DNA of 51,265 nucleotides, taken from positions 1 through 51,265 of IMG/VR virus record IMGVR_UViG_3300036900_000099, one strand, 5' to 3'. Under the pieces are notes generated by a model, which searched no databases, was not told where the DNA came from, and worked only from the letters and a program-made list of their open reading frames with translations. The DNA is from a virus (taxonomy: Duplodnaviria; Caudoviricetes). Position numbers and translations under genes: made by a program. Below, in pieces: positions 43,239-51,265 of this stretch (positions within the stretch are counted from its first letter, which is position 1; each line of letters begins with the position of its first letter).

Positions 43239-43855
43239 AACGGTCTCTCCTTGGTGTAAAAACTACCGATCCACATCGAGTTAGGTGTGAGTGCATCGGC
43301 TGGTTGATATTTGGTGTCGCTGTCGATAGCTGCTTCGAAGACCTTACGATCTCCTTCCCACATCCATGCTTGGATTTGGGTGACGAGCAGCTGCCAAAAG
43401 GGTTTAGAGTAAGGAAAGGTTACTGCTTGCCGAGTTGGAATGAGCAGCGGCACGAACTTACGCTCGAACAATACCGTATTCTGGACATCCGTGTCAATCT
43501 TTATTATCTGCTGTGGAGACAAAAGATGAAGATTACCACGGATGCGCATAGCAGGGGCAGAGCAGAAAGCTCCATGCCGTTTAACTGGGTCCGACCATGC
43601 CGGAGCCTTACACACTTGATCACGTTCAGTAGCAGAGAGCGCAACTAAACCGTTAGTTTCTTTGTTGCGCCAGAGCACATAGTTCTCACGCGTAAAAGCG
43701 ATACAGCTTCTCTCTGTCTCGATGTAATAATCATCGTACATGAAGACATACCACGCTGTACGTGAGAACAAGTTAGGCACATCAGGAGTGTGCTTAGTCC
43801 TGATGAGCCCGTCTATGTTCCAGACAGACAGGGATTTCATGAAGGTTCCGTCCAC
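43235..43855 (-). CDS. Gamma-glutamylcyclotransferase (AIG2)-like protein
   Basis: VFMYD...IRGNL...ID...N..LFER...AWMW pattern. Confidence 0.55.
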   Translation of the reverse strand: MDGTFMKSLSVWNIDGLIRTKHTPDVPNLFSRTAWYVFMYDDYYIETERSCIAFTRENYVLWRNKETNGLVALSATERDQVCKAPAWSDPVKRHGAFCSAPAMRIRGNLHLLSPQQIIKIDTDVQNTVLFERKFVPLLIPTRQAVTFPYSKPFWQLLVTQIQAWMWEGDRKVFEAAIDSDTKYQPADALTPNSMWIGSFYTKERPL

Positions 43856-43960
43856 GTTGGAGGGTTAAGGAGGGGTGAGTGAGCTTCCGGGGCCAACCAG
43901 ATTGGCTCTTCTCACCCCTCTAGACGCAGGCTTGTGCTTTCGGGTCGAAGCCTGCGAATA

Positions 43961-45346
43961 TTAGGCGGCCTTCTTTCCTTTTGGGACGAGAAGTCCTGCC
44001 TTCACCTGTGATTTGGACGGTTGAGTCACAGAGATTTTCTGACCGGCGATGTTCATCCGAATCAGTTCCATAATAAGATTAGTAGCGAGCGTTTGATGTT
44101 GCTCGACGAGATAATTGATGGACTCGGGCGGTTGTTTGGACAGATCACTCAATGATACGCCGGTTTGTTCGGCGAAAGTAGGGACCTTATAGTCCTCCGC
44201 AGCCAAAGACTTGGCTGTCGTAATGTTGGGATTGATGTATCCGTGCTTTAACCAACCCTCCGTAAGCTTGGCCAATTCTTGTGCTGACATCACAGGGACA
44301 AACGGTTTGGGTTCTGTGGTGGCTTGAGCCGTGTTCTTTTTGGTGACTGGGATCCCTGCAGTAGGCGGGACAGCGGTTGCTGTAGTCGCCGCAATATTTC
44401 CACGAAAGGAAGGGTCTGCTTCCCACTTCGCCTTGTCGACCTCGACGCTCGGACGTTTCTGGAAGTCTTCCGGAACCAGGCCCTTGCCGTCCTTGGCCTT
44501 GGCATAGTTCCAGGTCTGGTACCAACTGACTAACTCCTTGGAAGTCTTAACAGACTTCGGCGGATGTACCGTAAGAAGAGTGACGGCGCCGACTGCTTTG
44601 TCGATCTCAGCAGCAACGCTCTTGCCCTTAGGAACGAGCATGCCAGTTGCTTTAGGCTTGACGTTAGGCACCGAGCCTTGTTTGTTCGGCATCTCAACGT
44701 AATCGTACGGGTTGGACATGTAGCCCCAAAGATAGCCCTTTCCCGGTGCTGCTGATCCTTCGAAGTTGAGGAACAGCGTATCGACGATGAGCAGGCAGAA
44801 ACTCGATGTCTCGGACATGACGCCAGTAGTGAAGGCATCCATGTGTTCCTTGCTGTTGTGCAAGTATTCTTGGAACTTGTCGATGTCGCCATTGACTTCC
44901 GTCGCTACTTTCTCGCAGCGCGGCTTGATCAGGTTGGTGAAGCAGTTGAATTCCGGGGACTCGGGTCCGTCGTTGTCGTGCTTCTCGAAGTCACCGTCGA
45001 AGCAGGCGACGCCGAATACTTGATGACTTGTCTCACCATCCGGTTTTTCTGGATCGACGGGCACATCCATGCCGAACACTTCGTACGGCTGCGCCGTCTT
45101 GACGACGCTATCCGAGAACCAGTACATTGCCGCTCCTTCCTTGTAGGACTCGGCGTAATCACAGATCTGCTTGATCGCTGCTTCTTCGTTATCCCAATCG
45201 AGTACACCTTGTTGCAAGATGATCTGGTTGTCGATTGAGACAGCGATACCAAATGCTTCTCGGTTATCCTTGGTCGCAGCACGGATTGCAGCTACCGGCG
45301 GAACGTAACCCTTCTTCGTGAACATAAACATAGTCGTTCGCTCCAA
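43961..45346 (-). CDS. Large hypothetical protein, N-terminus reminiscent of a degenerate class II amidotransferase
   Basis: 461 aa, GC-rich codons; F.KKG..P....AA.DN..AFGIA pattern; no N-terminal Cys; function tentative. Confidence 0.6.
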   Translation of the reverse strand: MERTTMFMFTKKGYVPPVAAIRAATKDNREAFGIAVSIDNQIILQQGVLDWDNEEAAIKQICDYAESYKEGAAMYWFSDSVVKTAQPYEVFGMDVPVDPEKPDGETSHQVFGVACFDGDFEKHDNDGPESPEFNCFTNLIKPRCEKVATEVNGDIDKFQEYLHNSKEHMDAFTTGVMSETSSFCLLIVDTLFLNFEGSAAPGKGYLWGYMSNPYDYVEMPNKQGSVPNVKPKATGMLVPKGKSVAAEIDKAVGAVTLLTVHPPKSVKTSKELVSWYQTWNYAKAKDGKGLVPEDFQKRPSVEVDKAKWEADPSFRGNIAATTATAVPPTAGIPVTKKNTAQATTEPKPFVPVMSAQELAKLTEGWLKHGYINPNITTAKSLAAEDYKVPTFAEQTGVSLSDLSKQPPESINYLVEQHQTLATNLIMELIRMNIAGQKISVTQPSKSQVKAGLLVPKGKKAA

Positions 45347-45363
45347 TGTTTGGATAAGGTAGA

Positions 45364-45915
45364 TTAGGCTACTTTGCTGCTAACGCTTCCAGCGTTGGCG
45401 TTGGTGCCACCGACGACAGTCAGCTTTACAGCCGCGCGTGCCTTTTTGGCGCGTTGTGCTTTGAGTTTCTCTTCCGCAACTTCTTTTCCACCCAAAGCTT
45501 CGACAGTCTTCTCACGAAGCTGCTCAACCTTGTACGGATGAAGCGGTCGGTAGTACTTCAACACAGGATGCAACTCAGGCAGATTGAGTGCCTGACCTAG
45601 CACTTGAAGTTTGTGCTTAGCATCCTTCTTTGATAGTCGCCCGGAGGCGGCATATCGCATTGTGATCGCCACGATGGCATCAGCCACATCGGAGTCGTAG
45701 CTCCAATGCATGAGCTTTCCCATCTGTCTGTTCCTCCAACAGACGAACTTCCACCACGCCACACGTACGAACGGTGTGATGAGATGGACGATGAGCCACA
45801 CCAGAAGACACGCGCCTGCGAAGACCGTAAGCCACGGATATTCTGCTGAGCGTTCACGCAAAAAAGTGGCTAGGGCTTCGAGCCTGTCGCCACTCCACAT
45901 TAGAATACTTTCCAA
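45364..45915 (-). CDS. Membrane-anchored protein with VKLTV motif
   Basis: AAGGA RBS and TTG; one TM segment; internal GGAGG-ATG (MGKLM). Confidence 0.75.
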   Translation of the reverse strand: MESILMWSGDRLEALATFLRERSAEYPWLTVFAGACLLVWLIVHLITPFVRVAWWKFVCWRNRQMGKLMHWSYDSDVADAIVAITMRYAASGRLSKKDAKHKLQVLGQALNLPELHPVLKYYRPLHPYKVEQLREKTVEALGGKEVAEEKLKAQRAKKARAAVKLTVVGGTNANAGSVSSKVA

Positions 45916-46108
45916 GTACCATCCTTCTGTTTAGGTTGAGGCAGAGGAACCGGGAGAGGACGGCCAAACCGCCCAGTTAAGGGAGATAAATCCCCTCCCG
46001 GTCTTCTACTAGCCTTACGCTAGCAGAACGGGTTGGGGAGAGGTCAATGCCTCGGCGGCTGTTATGCCTCTCCCCTTGCACTACCGCTGCGGAGGTTCAA
46101 CGGTAGTA

Positions 46109-46543
46109 CTAACTTAATTCAATTTCTGTCTTCCACGTGATACCAAACCGTGTGCCTTCTTCCCATCCACATTCCATAGCGTGGATCGCACGATCCTTGT
46201 CTCCATATACGATGGAGATCTTTTTCTTTTGGCAGCGCCAATCTTCAAGCTGCCACATGTATCTATGCCCGCTAAAGAGCAGACTTAGGCGGTAGTAGTG
46301 CTTGATCTCTTTGTACACAACCGCGTAGTAGTCTTGCGTACCTTGATGCCGAGCACCTCTCCACATTTCACGTACAGTGGATATGCTCGCAGCATTCTTT
46401 TCATAGCGTGATTGAGCTTCTTGCTCTCTAGCTGCACGCCATTCAGCTGTCTTTGGTTCTTGCTTCAACTCAGCAAGTGACCATCTTCCGTAACGTCTGT
46501 TTTTGACGCCTTTAGCGCGAGGCTTCTTGCGGTTTTTCCCCAT
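46109..46543 (-). CDS. Basic hypothetical protein
   Basis: GGAGG RBS directly downstream of a promoter. Confidence 0.8.
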   Translation of the reverse strand: MGKNRKKPRAKGVKNRRYGRWSLAELKQEPKTAEWRAAREQEAQSRYEKNAASISTVREMWRGARHQGTQDYYAVVYKEIKHYYRLSLLFSGHRYMWQLEDWRCQKKKISIVYGDKDRAIHAMECGWEEGTRFGITWKTEIELS

Positions 46544-46570
46544 AGTCTTTCCTCCGATTGACTATCTACC

Positions 46571-46598
46571 AGTATAAGGGATTTAGTCCTTATGTCAA
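46571..46598 (-). promoter_or_regulatory. Sigma70-like early promoter
   Basis: TTGACA-16 nt-TATACT. Confidence 0.75.
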
Positions 46599-46604
46599 CT
46601 GGGT

Positions 46605-46898
46605 TTAGCCCGCAAACCAAGTCCTTCCAGCCTTACCATCTGAATAATGAGTGAAGTCCATCTTTTCAAAGATGGTACAATCCTTCTGGTATCCACCTGC
46701 TTCTGGGTCCCACCACGCAACGAGATATTCATCTTCATTATGAAGAGCACTGACGATTTCTCCACCTCCGTACTTGCCTTCTAGATCACGTCCGTGGCTA
46801 AACACGGCATCACCCACAAGAGGGCGGGATAGTTCGCTCACCTCGACTTTATCTGCTTCATTCAGACTGTCGAGGATACTGAGTACGATGTCGCTCAT
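46605..46898 (-). CDS. Hypothetical protein (start revised to MSDIV)
   Basis: TAATG overlap with the upstream ORF. Confidence 0.7.
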   Translation of the reverse strand: MSDIVLSILDSLNEADKVEVSELSRPLVGDAVFSHGRDLEGKYGGGEIVSALHNEDEYLVAWWDPEAGGYQKDCTIFEKMDFTHYSDGKAGRTWFAG

Positions 46899-47161
46899 TA
46901 CTCTTTCCTTTCGATCACATAATCGCGCCATAGACGATGGACTGTGCCAGAAGGCGACAATCCGGTGTATTCGTAGACAGGTACGTCGAACATGGAAGCG
47001 TATACGAAACCCTTCCACATCAGTCTTCGGTATTCCAGATTCGGGTCACCGACACAACGTCCAGGCATTTGCTGCACGACGTCGGTGATAGGAACGATCA
47101 CGAACTTTTCGAGCGTCGTTTCCAAGCCGTGCGCTTTGATGAATGGTTTGATGATGCTCAT
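46898..47161 (-). CDS. Hypothetical protein
   Basis: AAGGAG RBS, ATGA overlap. Confidence 0.7.
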   Translation of the reverse strand: MSIIKPFIKAHGLETTLEKFVIVPITDVVQQMPGRCVGDPNLEYRRLMWKGFVYASMFDVPVYEYTGLSPSGTVHRLWRDYVIERKE

Positions 47162-47346
47162 CTGTATTCTCCTTGGTTGGTGATGTCAACCTTGTCGGGG
47201 TGATCCCGTAACAGGGTCGTGGGAGAGTTCGGCTTGTTTGATGTCGGTCTTGACGACGGCTTCTCCTCTCGGTTTAGCCGATGTGCAATGTACATCAATA
47301 ATACGCTGATGCCTATTGCGATAATCAATACGTGGAGTTGCATCAC
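47158..47346 (-). CDS. Small membrane protein
   Basis: N-terminal TM segment; ATGA overlap downstream. Confidence 0.55.
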   Translation of the reverse strand: MMQLHVLIIAIGISVLLMYIAHRLNREEKPSSRPTSNKPNSPTTLLRDHPDKVDITNQGEYR

Positions 47347-47446
47347 GTTTCTCCCATTTGTCGAGTTGATGATTAGCGACGATGTAGAACAACAAACCTA
47401 CGTTTGCTGCGAGCGACATGATTAGTGTAGGGTACATCCAATACAT
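47186..47446 (-). CDS. Small membrane protein
   Basis: AAGGAGGT RBS; N-terminal TM segment. Confidence 0.6.
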   Translation of the reverse strand: MYWMYPTLIMSLAANVGLLFYIVANHQLDKWEKRDATPRIDYRNRHQRIIDVHCTSAKPRGEAVVKTDIKQAELSHDPVTGSPRQG

Positions 47447-47734
47447 GCTCCACCTCCTTTAGAATACCCCGCCACGCTCATTAGAAGCCCGCTGGTGCGA
47501 GATATTACAAAAAAGGTAGTTAGATAGCCTAAGTAAAATAAGTAGGGGAACGGTAGGAGATGGGGGATGAGCACCGTTCCCCTATGCTCACATCGAGTGG
47601 GTGTGGCTTAACTCGATGGAGCTATCTTGTGTACGGTAAAGTATCCGGTCTCACGCTCTTCATTCATGAGTCGACACTTGTTAATCGCAGCGATTTCATC
47701 ATCCTCAAAAGAATGAATGACCGTTCCTGCCGGA

Positions 47735-48094
47735 TTACGGATTTGATAGTACGTCCCCGTCAGTGACGAGTCCGGAGGATTTGTCGTTGATGACGGTGAG
47801 CTTAACACGCTCTCGTCGCTTGCGCTCCCGCTCTTGACGGGATGCACACTCGGCTTCTTTCGCGAGCTGTTGCGCGGCCTCCCTTTCCTTTCGATACGCT
47901 TCGATCTCTTCGGCACGTTTATCCTCCTCAAGGATGTAGTACCAAAAGTCAGTCTCCTTGTCGTAGGCATAGCCCTCACCACGGAGACGATAAGTGAGAG
48001 TATTCCAAGCCTTGGTTACAGAACCAGGCACAGCTTCGACATGATTGTCGATAGCCTTACGCCAGCGCTTACGTGCGTTACTCTTATTCGCCAT
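47735..48094 (-). CDS. Hypothetical protein with VKLTV motif (start revised to MANKS)
   Basis: AAGGAG RBS; charged helix. Confidence 0.7.
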   Translation of the reverse strand: MANKSNARKRWRKAIDNHVEAVPGSVTKAWNTLTYRLRGEGYAYDKETDFWYYILEEDKRAEEIEAYRKEREAAQQLAKEAECASRQERERKRRERVKLTVINDKSSGLVTDGDVLSNP

Positions 48095-48296
48095 TGTCTT
48101 TGTCTCCTTTCTTGATGATCTTGCTAAAGTGTTCGAGACGAGCAGCTTTGGCTGCTGCTGCACATTGATGCGCAACAACAGCCCTAACTGTCGCATCCTT
48201 GATATGATCTTTCAGTATCCGCTGGATAGCTGAAATCTCAAGTAGCCGCTCACCGCTGAGCCTACGCAAAAATGCCATAGACAGTGAGCTTAACAA
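48084..48296 (-). CDS. Hypothetical protein
   Basis: Fills the gap; start uncertain. Confidence 0.45.
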   Translation of the reverse strand: MLSSLSMAFLRRLSGERLLEISAIQRILKDHIKDATVRAVVAHQCAAAAKAARLEHFSKIIKKGDKDNGE

Positions 48297-48501
48297 CAGG
48301 AGGATTGAGATTAACCAGAGGGTTGGCTAACCGTGGAACCCATGTCAAACCTTGGTCAGGCATAGGCACAGCCTTGTTTTTAAGTGGCCGATATGTGTAT
48401 GGCTTAGCGTTGTCGATGAGCATTAGTTTACCCATCTTAACGCCAGCCATATGTTGCTCATACCTACGCATGAGCTTAAGTCTGTTGAGTTCGTCGAGCA
48501 T
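48262..48501 (-). CDS. Hypothetical protein with C-terminal VKLTV motif
   Basis: TGATG overlap at 48501. Confidence 0.65.
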   Translation of the reverse strand: MLDELNRLKLMRRYEQHMAGVKMGKLMLIDNAKPYTYRPLKNKAVPMPDQGLTWVPRLANPLVNLNPPVVKLTVYGIFA

Positions 48502-48713
48502 CAGTTCATAAGCTCCACGGTTGCATAAGGATTGAACTTGTCTTCGTGACCGTGGGCACATCTTGCCCAACATTCATCGTCTGGCCGATCAGGCGGAGTT
48601 TCGATGGCTGTGTACTCCTCCCACGGACTTACTGGCGTTGCACGCCACCTGAATTTCTTTCCGATTGGAACTTCCCACATATCCATTACTTGATCCTCCG
48701 CACGAATGCCCAT
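48501..48713 (-). CDS. Hypothetical protein
   Basis: 70-aa ORF; GGAGGA before an internal ATG. Confidence 0.6.
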   Translation of the reverse strand: MGIRAEDQVMDMWEVPIGKKFRWRATPVSPWEEYTAIETPPDRPDDECWARCAHGHEDKFNPYATVELMN

Positions 48714-48868
48714 CCACGGGCAGTGAGACGAGCCTTATTGCCGATAAGACCCTCATCTTTGAGAGCCTTGATAGTCGTGAGCTTAGGGACCTTGCGGAAT
48801 TTCTTACGTCCGCAGTAATCTCCTTGAGCTAAAGCTAGCATCCCTGCCTTACGAACATTAGCGAGCAT
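48686..48868 (-). CDS. Small basic protein
   Basis: 60-aa ORF overlapping both neighbours. Confidence 0.55.
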   Translation of the reverse strand: MLANVRKAGMLALAQGDYCGRKKFRKVPKLTTIKALKDEGLIGNKARLTARGWAFVRRIK

Positions 48869-49199
48869 CTGGGTTCCCCTGATAAACAGAGTTACACGGT
48901 GGCTGATAATTCCAGGAACGCACTACCTTTGTGCGCACAGAGTTGATATAACGTCCTGGTCTCTGCGTCCCATCCTTACGGATGCGAAAGTTCTTCCAGA
49001 AAGTGGAAGTCCGTTGATAGAATATCTCGATCGACGGACCACCGTATCCATACTCCTCGTTGTATGAACAGTAGTCGTCGGGGTGGCACACCCACGGTAG
49101 ATGAAAATCTACGTAGAGTATCACCGCAGGAACAGGGAAGTTCGGTTGAATGAAGTAAGGATCAGCCATCATCACCTCCGTGATTAGGTTCAAGCACAT
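48858..49199 (-). CDS. Hypothetical protein, first gene of the early arm
   Basis: TAGGAG RBS before ATG 49199, downstream of a promoter. Confidence 0.65.
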   Translation of the reverse strand: MCLNLITEVMMADPYFIQPNFPVPAVILYVDFHLPWVCHPDDYCSYNEEYGYGGPSIEIFYQRTSTFWKNFRIRKDGTQRPGRYINSVRTKVVRSWNYQPPCNSVYQGNPDAR

Positions 49200-49218
49200 T
49201 TGCTTTCTCCTATTATCC

Positions 49219-49246
49219 ATTCTAAAGGAAACAAGTCTTATGTCAA
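49219..49246 (-). promoter_or_regulatory. Sigma70-like early promoter
   Basis: TTGACA-16 nt-TAGAAT. Confidence 0.75.
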
Positions 49247-49460
49247 CGAAGGTTTAAAGAAATATTGAAAGGTTCATCAGAAGTTGTACGATTTATCTTT
49301 ACTTTGTTCTCAAAATATGATACGCGTAACGCTTCTTTTAGTTTTGTCCTGATGCTCCTAACAGCAAGCGATCAGGGGTTTTTCTTTTCTTGGGTTTGAT
49401 TAATAGTATATATATACGCGCTTACACATCAATAGTGGGCGCATATACAGAGGAACAAAT

Positions 49461-49586
49461 ATGGAATGGAATGAATTATCTCCTAAAGAACAACAGATCT
49501 GGAATAAGTTAGAAGAAGAGTGGATGAAGTACTCAGCAATAAGGTTCTTTGAATATCTAAGCGTAGAGTTAAATGACAATATTTGA
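49461..49586 (+). CDS. Hypothetical protein, 41 aa
   Basis: GAGGA RBS; MEWNELSPKEQQIW... Confidence 0.55.
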   Translation: MEWNELSPKEQQIWNKLEEEWMKYSAIRFFEYLSVELNDNI

Positions 49587-49758
49587 AACAGATACATATA
49601 GAGGTTACTCTCTAGCTAAACAATCAAGTGACTCAATACAGACAGAAACACTATTCTGGAATGTAGTCACACCTATTACTATTCCAGAGCTACTTACGCC
49701 CTGGACTACAAAAGAGATACTTAAATCTAGGATAGATTTATATTTAGGTGGTAGATAA
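49573..49758 (+). CDS. Hypothetical protein
   Basis: TAATG overlap downstream. Confidence 0.6.
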   Translation: MTIFETDTYRGYSLAKQSSDSIQTETLFWNVVTPITIPELLTPWTTKEILKSRIDLYLGGR

Positions 49759-49961
49759 TGAATTTATACATATGGGAAGGTAATGGCGTGCTCACAGACT
49801 ATTCAGATGGTATGATCATAGCATTAGCTAACACTCAAGAACAGGCTGAGTCAATAGTTGATGTATACGACCGGAAGAACTATCCTGCTGAGCCTACTGA
49901 AATAATAGATTTAACTAAAGCTTTTGTGCCTAAAGCTTGGATATGTTGGGGTGGTGCATAA
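49758..49961 (+). CDS. Hypothetical protein
   Basis: TAATG overlaps at both ends. Confidence 0.7.
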   Translation: MNLYIWEGNGVLTDYSDGMIIALANTQEQAESIVDVYDRKNYPAEPTEIIDLTKAFVPKAWICWGGA

Positions 49962-50419
49962 TGGCTGAAACAGTATGGCATCCACATATAGCAGTTACCT
50001 GTATTATTCGATACAAAGGTAAATACTTAATACTTAAAAGATTAGATACCTTAAAGAAATGGCCAGGTAAATGGACATTCCCAGGAGGTAAAGTAATTCA
50101 AGAAGACTTTATCGGTACTCCTACTACAATTAATAATCAATGGTATAAGACCTTAGAGTTTGCGTGTATGCGTGAGATAGAAGAAGAAACAGGAATTAAT
50201 AAACATAAAATAGGTTCACTAAGATACTTGTGTAACATAGCGATACCTGATACACTAATCGTTTCATTTGTGGCTAACTTAAGGTCTGATGAAATACCTG
50301 TAATTAAAGTTCAAGAGACAGAGTGTTCTGAATACAAATGGGTAACTTTATATGAAGCTTATTCAATTGATTTAATTGATGGTCTCCTACATGAACTACA
50401 GCAAGCCGAGGAACTGTAA
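49961..50419 (+). CDS. Nudix hydrolase
   Basis: WPGKWTFPGGK...REIEEETGI Nudix box; E.SEYKWV motif. Confidence 0.9.
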   Translation: MAETVWHPHIAVTCIIRYKGKYLILKRLDTLKKWPGKWTFPGGKVIQEDFIGTPTTINNQWYKTLEFACMREIEEETGINKHKIGSLRYLCNIAIPDTLIVSFVANLRSDEIPVIKVQETECSEYKWVTLYEAYSIDLIDGLLHELQQAEEL

Positions 50420-50637
50420 TGGATTTAAACATCGAAGGATTAGGAGAAGTCTCTGGTTGGTTTCCCCCTATTACTGATCACATAGAAACTCCCGGATTTA
50501 CAGCTACGAAAAACGCATTATATGAAGTCTTTGGTAGTAAATTACTACCTAATTCAAAAGTGCATCAAACTCGTAAATTTATAGATATTCTATTTCAAAA
50601 AGGATATATCATTGCTAAATACGATGGAGATGAATAA
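50419..50637 (+). CDS. Hypothetical protein
   Basis: TAATG overlap. Confidence 0.6.
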   Translation: MDLNIEGLGEVSGWFPPITDHIETPGFTATKNALYEVFGSKLLPNSKVHQTRKFIDILFQKGYIIAKYDGDE

Positions 50638-50803
50638 ATGATTTGGGAAATGCTAGGAATAGTATTAGCTATAGTGTTTTCATTTGGCTTTGGCGTAATC
50701 GTAGGAGCAAATATGGTATGAGCACAGTAACATGTTTACACTGTCTTAGTCAAAATGATCCTAGTAACACTACATGCTACCGTTGTGGGAATAAGCTTAG
50801 GAA

Positions 50804-51181
50804 ATGAAAGTATTAGTCACTGGCGGTAGAGATTACAAAGATTATGGCGTAGTGGCTCAAGAGCTAGCTAAGCTTAAACCTGATACTATAGTTCAAGGTG
50901 GTGCTACAGGTGCTGATCATCTAGCGCGTGTATGGGCTAACGCTAATAATGTACTATGTGTAACATACCCTGCTCAATGGAAACAGCATGGCAAGAAAGC
51001 CGGATATTTACGCAACAAACAAATGCTAGAAGAAGAACAACCTGATTTAGTGCTCGCCTTTCCTGGTGGCAAAGGGACTGCTAATATGGTGAAGATAGCC
51101 ACGGATAATAACACAGCTGTGCAACTTGCGCCCCTGCCGAGCGAGCAACTTATGATAGGAGCTTACGCTCTTCAAAGCTGA
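50804..51181 (+). CDS. SLOG-family (YspA/DUF2493-like) protein
   Basis: VLVTGGRDY, IVQGGATGAD, AGYLRNKQM and AFPGGKGTANM motifs. Confidence 0.88.
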   Translation: MKVLVTGGRDYKDYGVVAQELAKLKPDTIVQGGATGADHLARVWANANNVLCVTYPAQWKQHGKKAGYLRNKQMLEEEQPDLVLAFPGGKGTANMVKIATDNNTAVQLAPLPSEQLMIGAYALQS

Positions 51182-51265
51182 AAGCTTGAAAGGAGCATTT
51201 TGATGCTACCCATACTAATCTCTCAAGGTCTAGCCTTGAGTTATATCAATGATCCATATCTATGG
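51139..51265. repeat. 127-bp exact terminal overlap, right copy
   Basis: Identical to 1-127. Confidence 0.95.

Noticed and set aside
4300-48900. Apparent recurrence of TGCTC on coding strands
   Set aside because: A 5-mer is expected dozens of times in 51 kb; enrichment cannot be shown without counting
51139-51265. 127-bp repeat as the biological terminal repeat
   Set aside because: The length equals a common assembler k-mer and it begins inside the SLOG ORF; treated as a circularisation overlap

Overview
The window is a complete, circularly assembled dsDNA phage genome of about 51.1 kb (bases 1-127 are repeated exactly at 51139-51265). It has podovirus architecture and no recognisable RNA polymerase. 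The + strand morphogenesis arm (3.9-31.1 kb) carries tail fibres and a tailspike, TerL, portal, scaffold, major capsid, endolysin, tail tubular A/B and internal virion proteins. It converges at a bidirectional terminator on a - strand early/replication arm (31.2-49.2 kb) carrying HNH, T7 endonuclease I-like, PD-(D/E)xK nuclease, SSB, family A polymerase, primase-helicase and a GGCT-like protein. Gene order and polymerase motifs (IQLR, LLGAG) resemble SIO1/Cobavirus-type (Zobellviridae-like) phages; an alphaproteobacterial host is an inference only. Most unusual observations: (1) a ~1.96 kb region without credible ORFs and rich in helices (34921-36881, - strand), with tRNA-like T-loop modules, is a candidate giant structured ncRNA, and a second ~250 nt structured element lies just upstream; (2) an exact VKLTV peptide, with varying synonymous codons, occurs in six unrelated early proteins; (3) two core genes appear to need non-canonical starts overlapping the upstream stop (ATA for primase-helicase, ATT/ATC for tail tubular B); (4) a holin-like gene is nested in frame in the endolysin; (5) a duplicated dual-frame cassette encodes Cys-rich or membrane microproteins. 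All calls were made by eye from motifs and synteny; no database search or folding computation was run.
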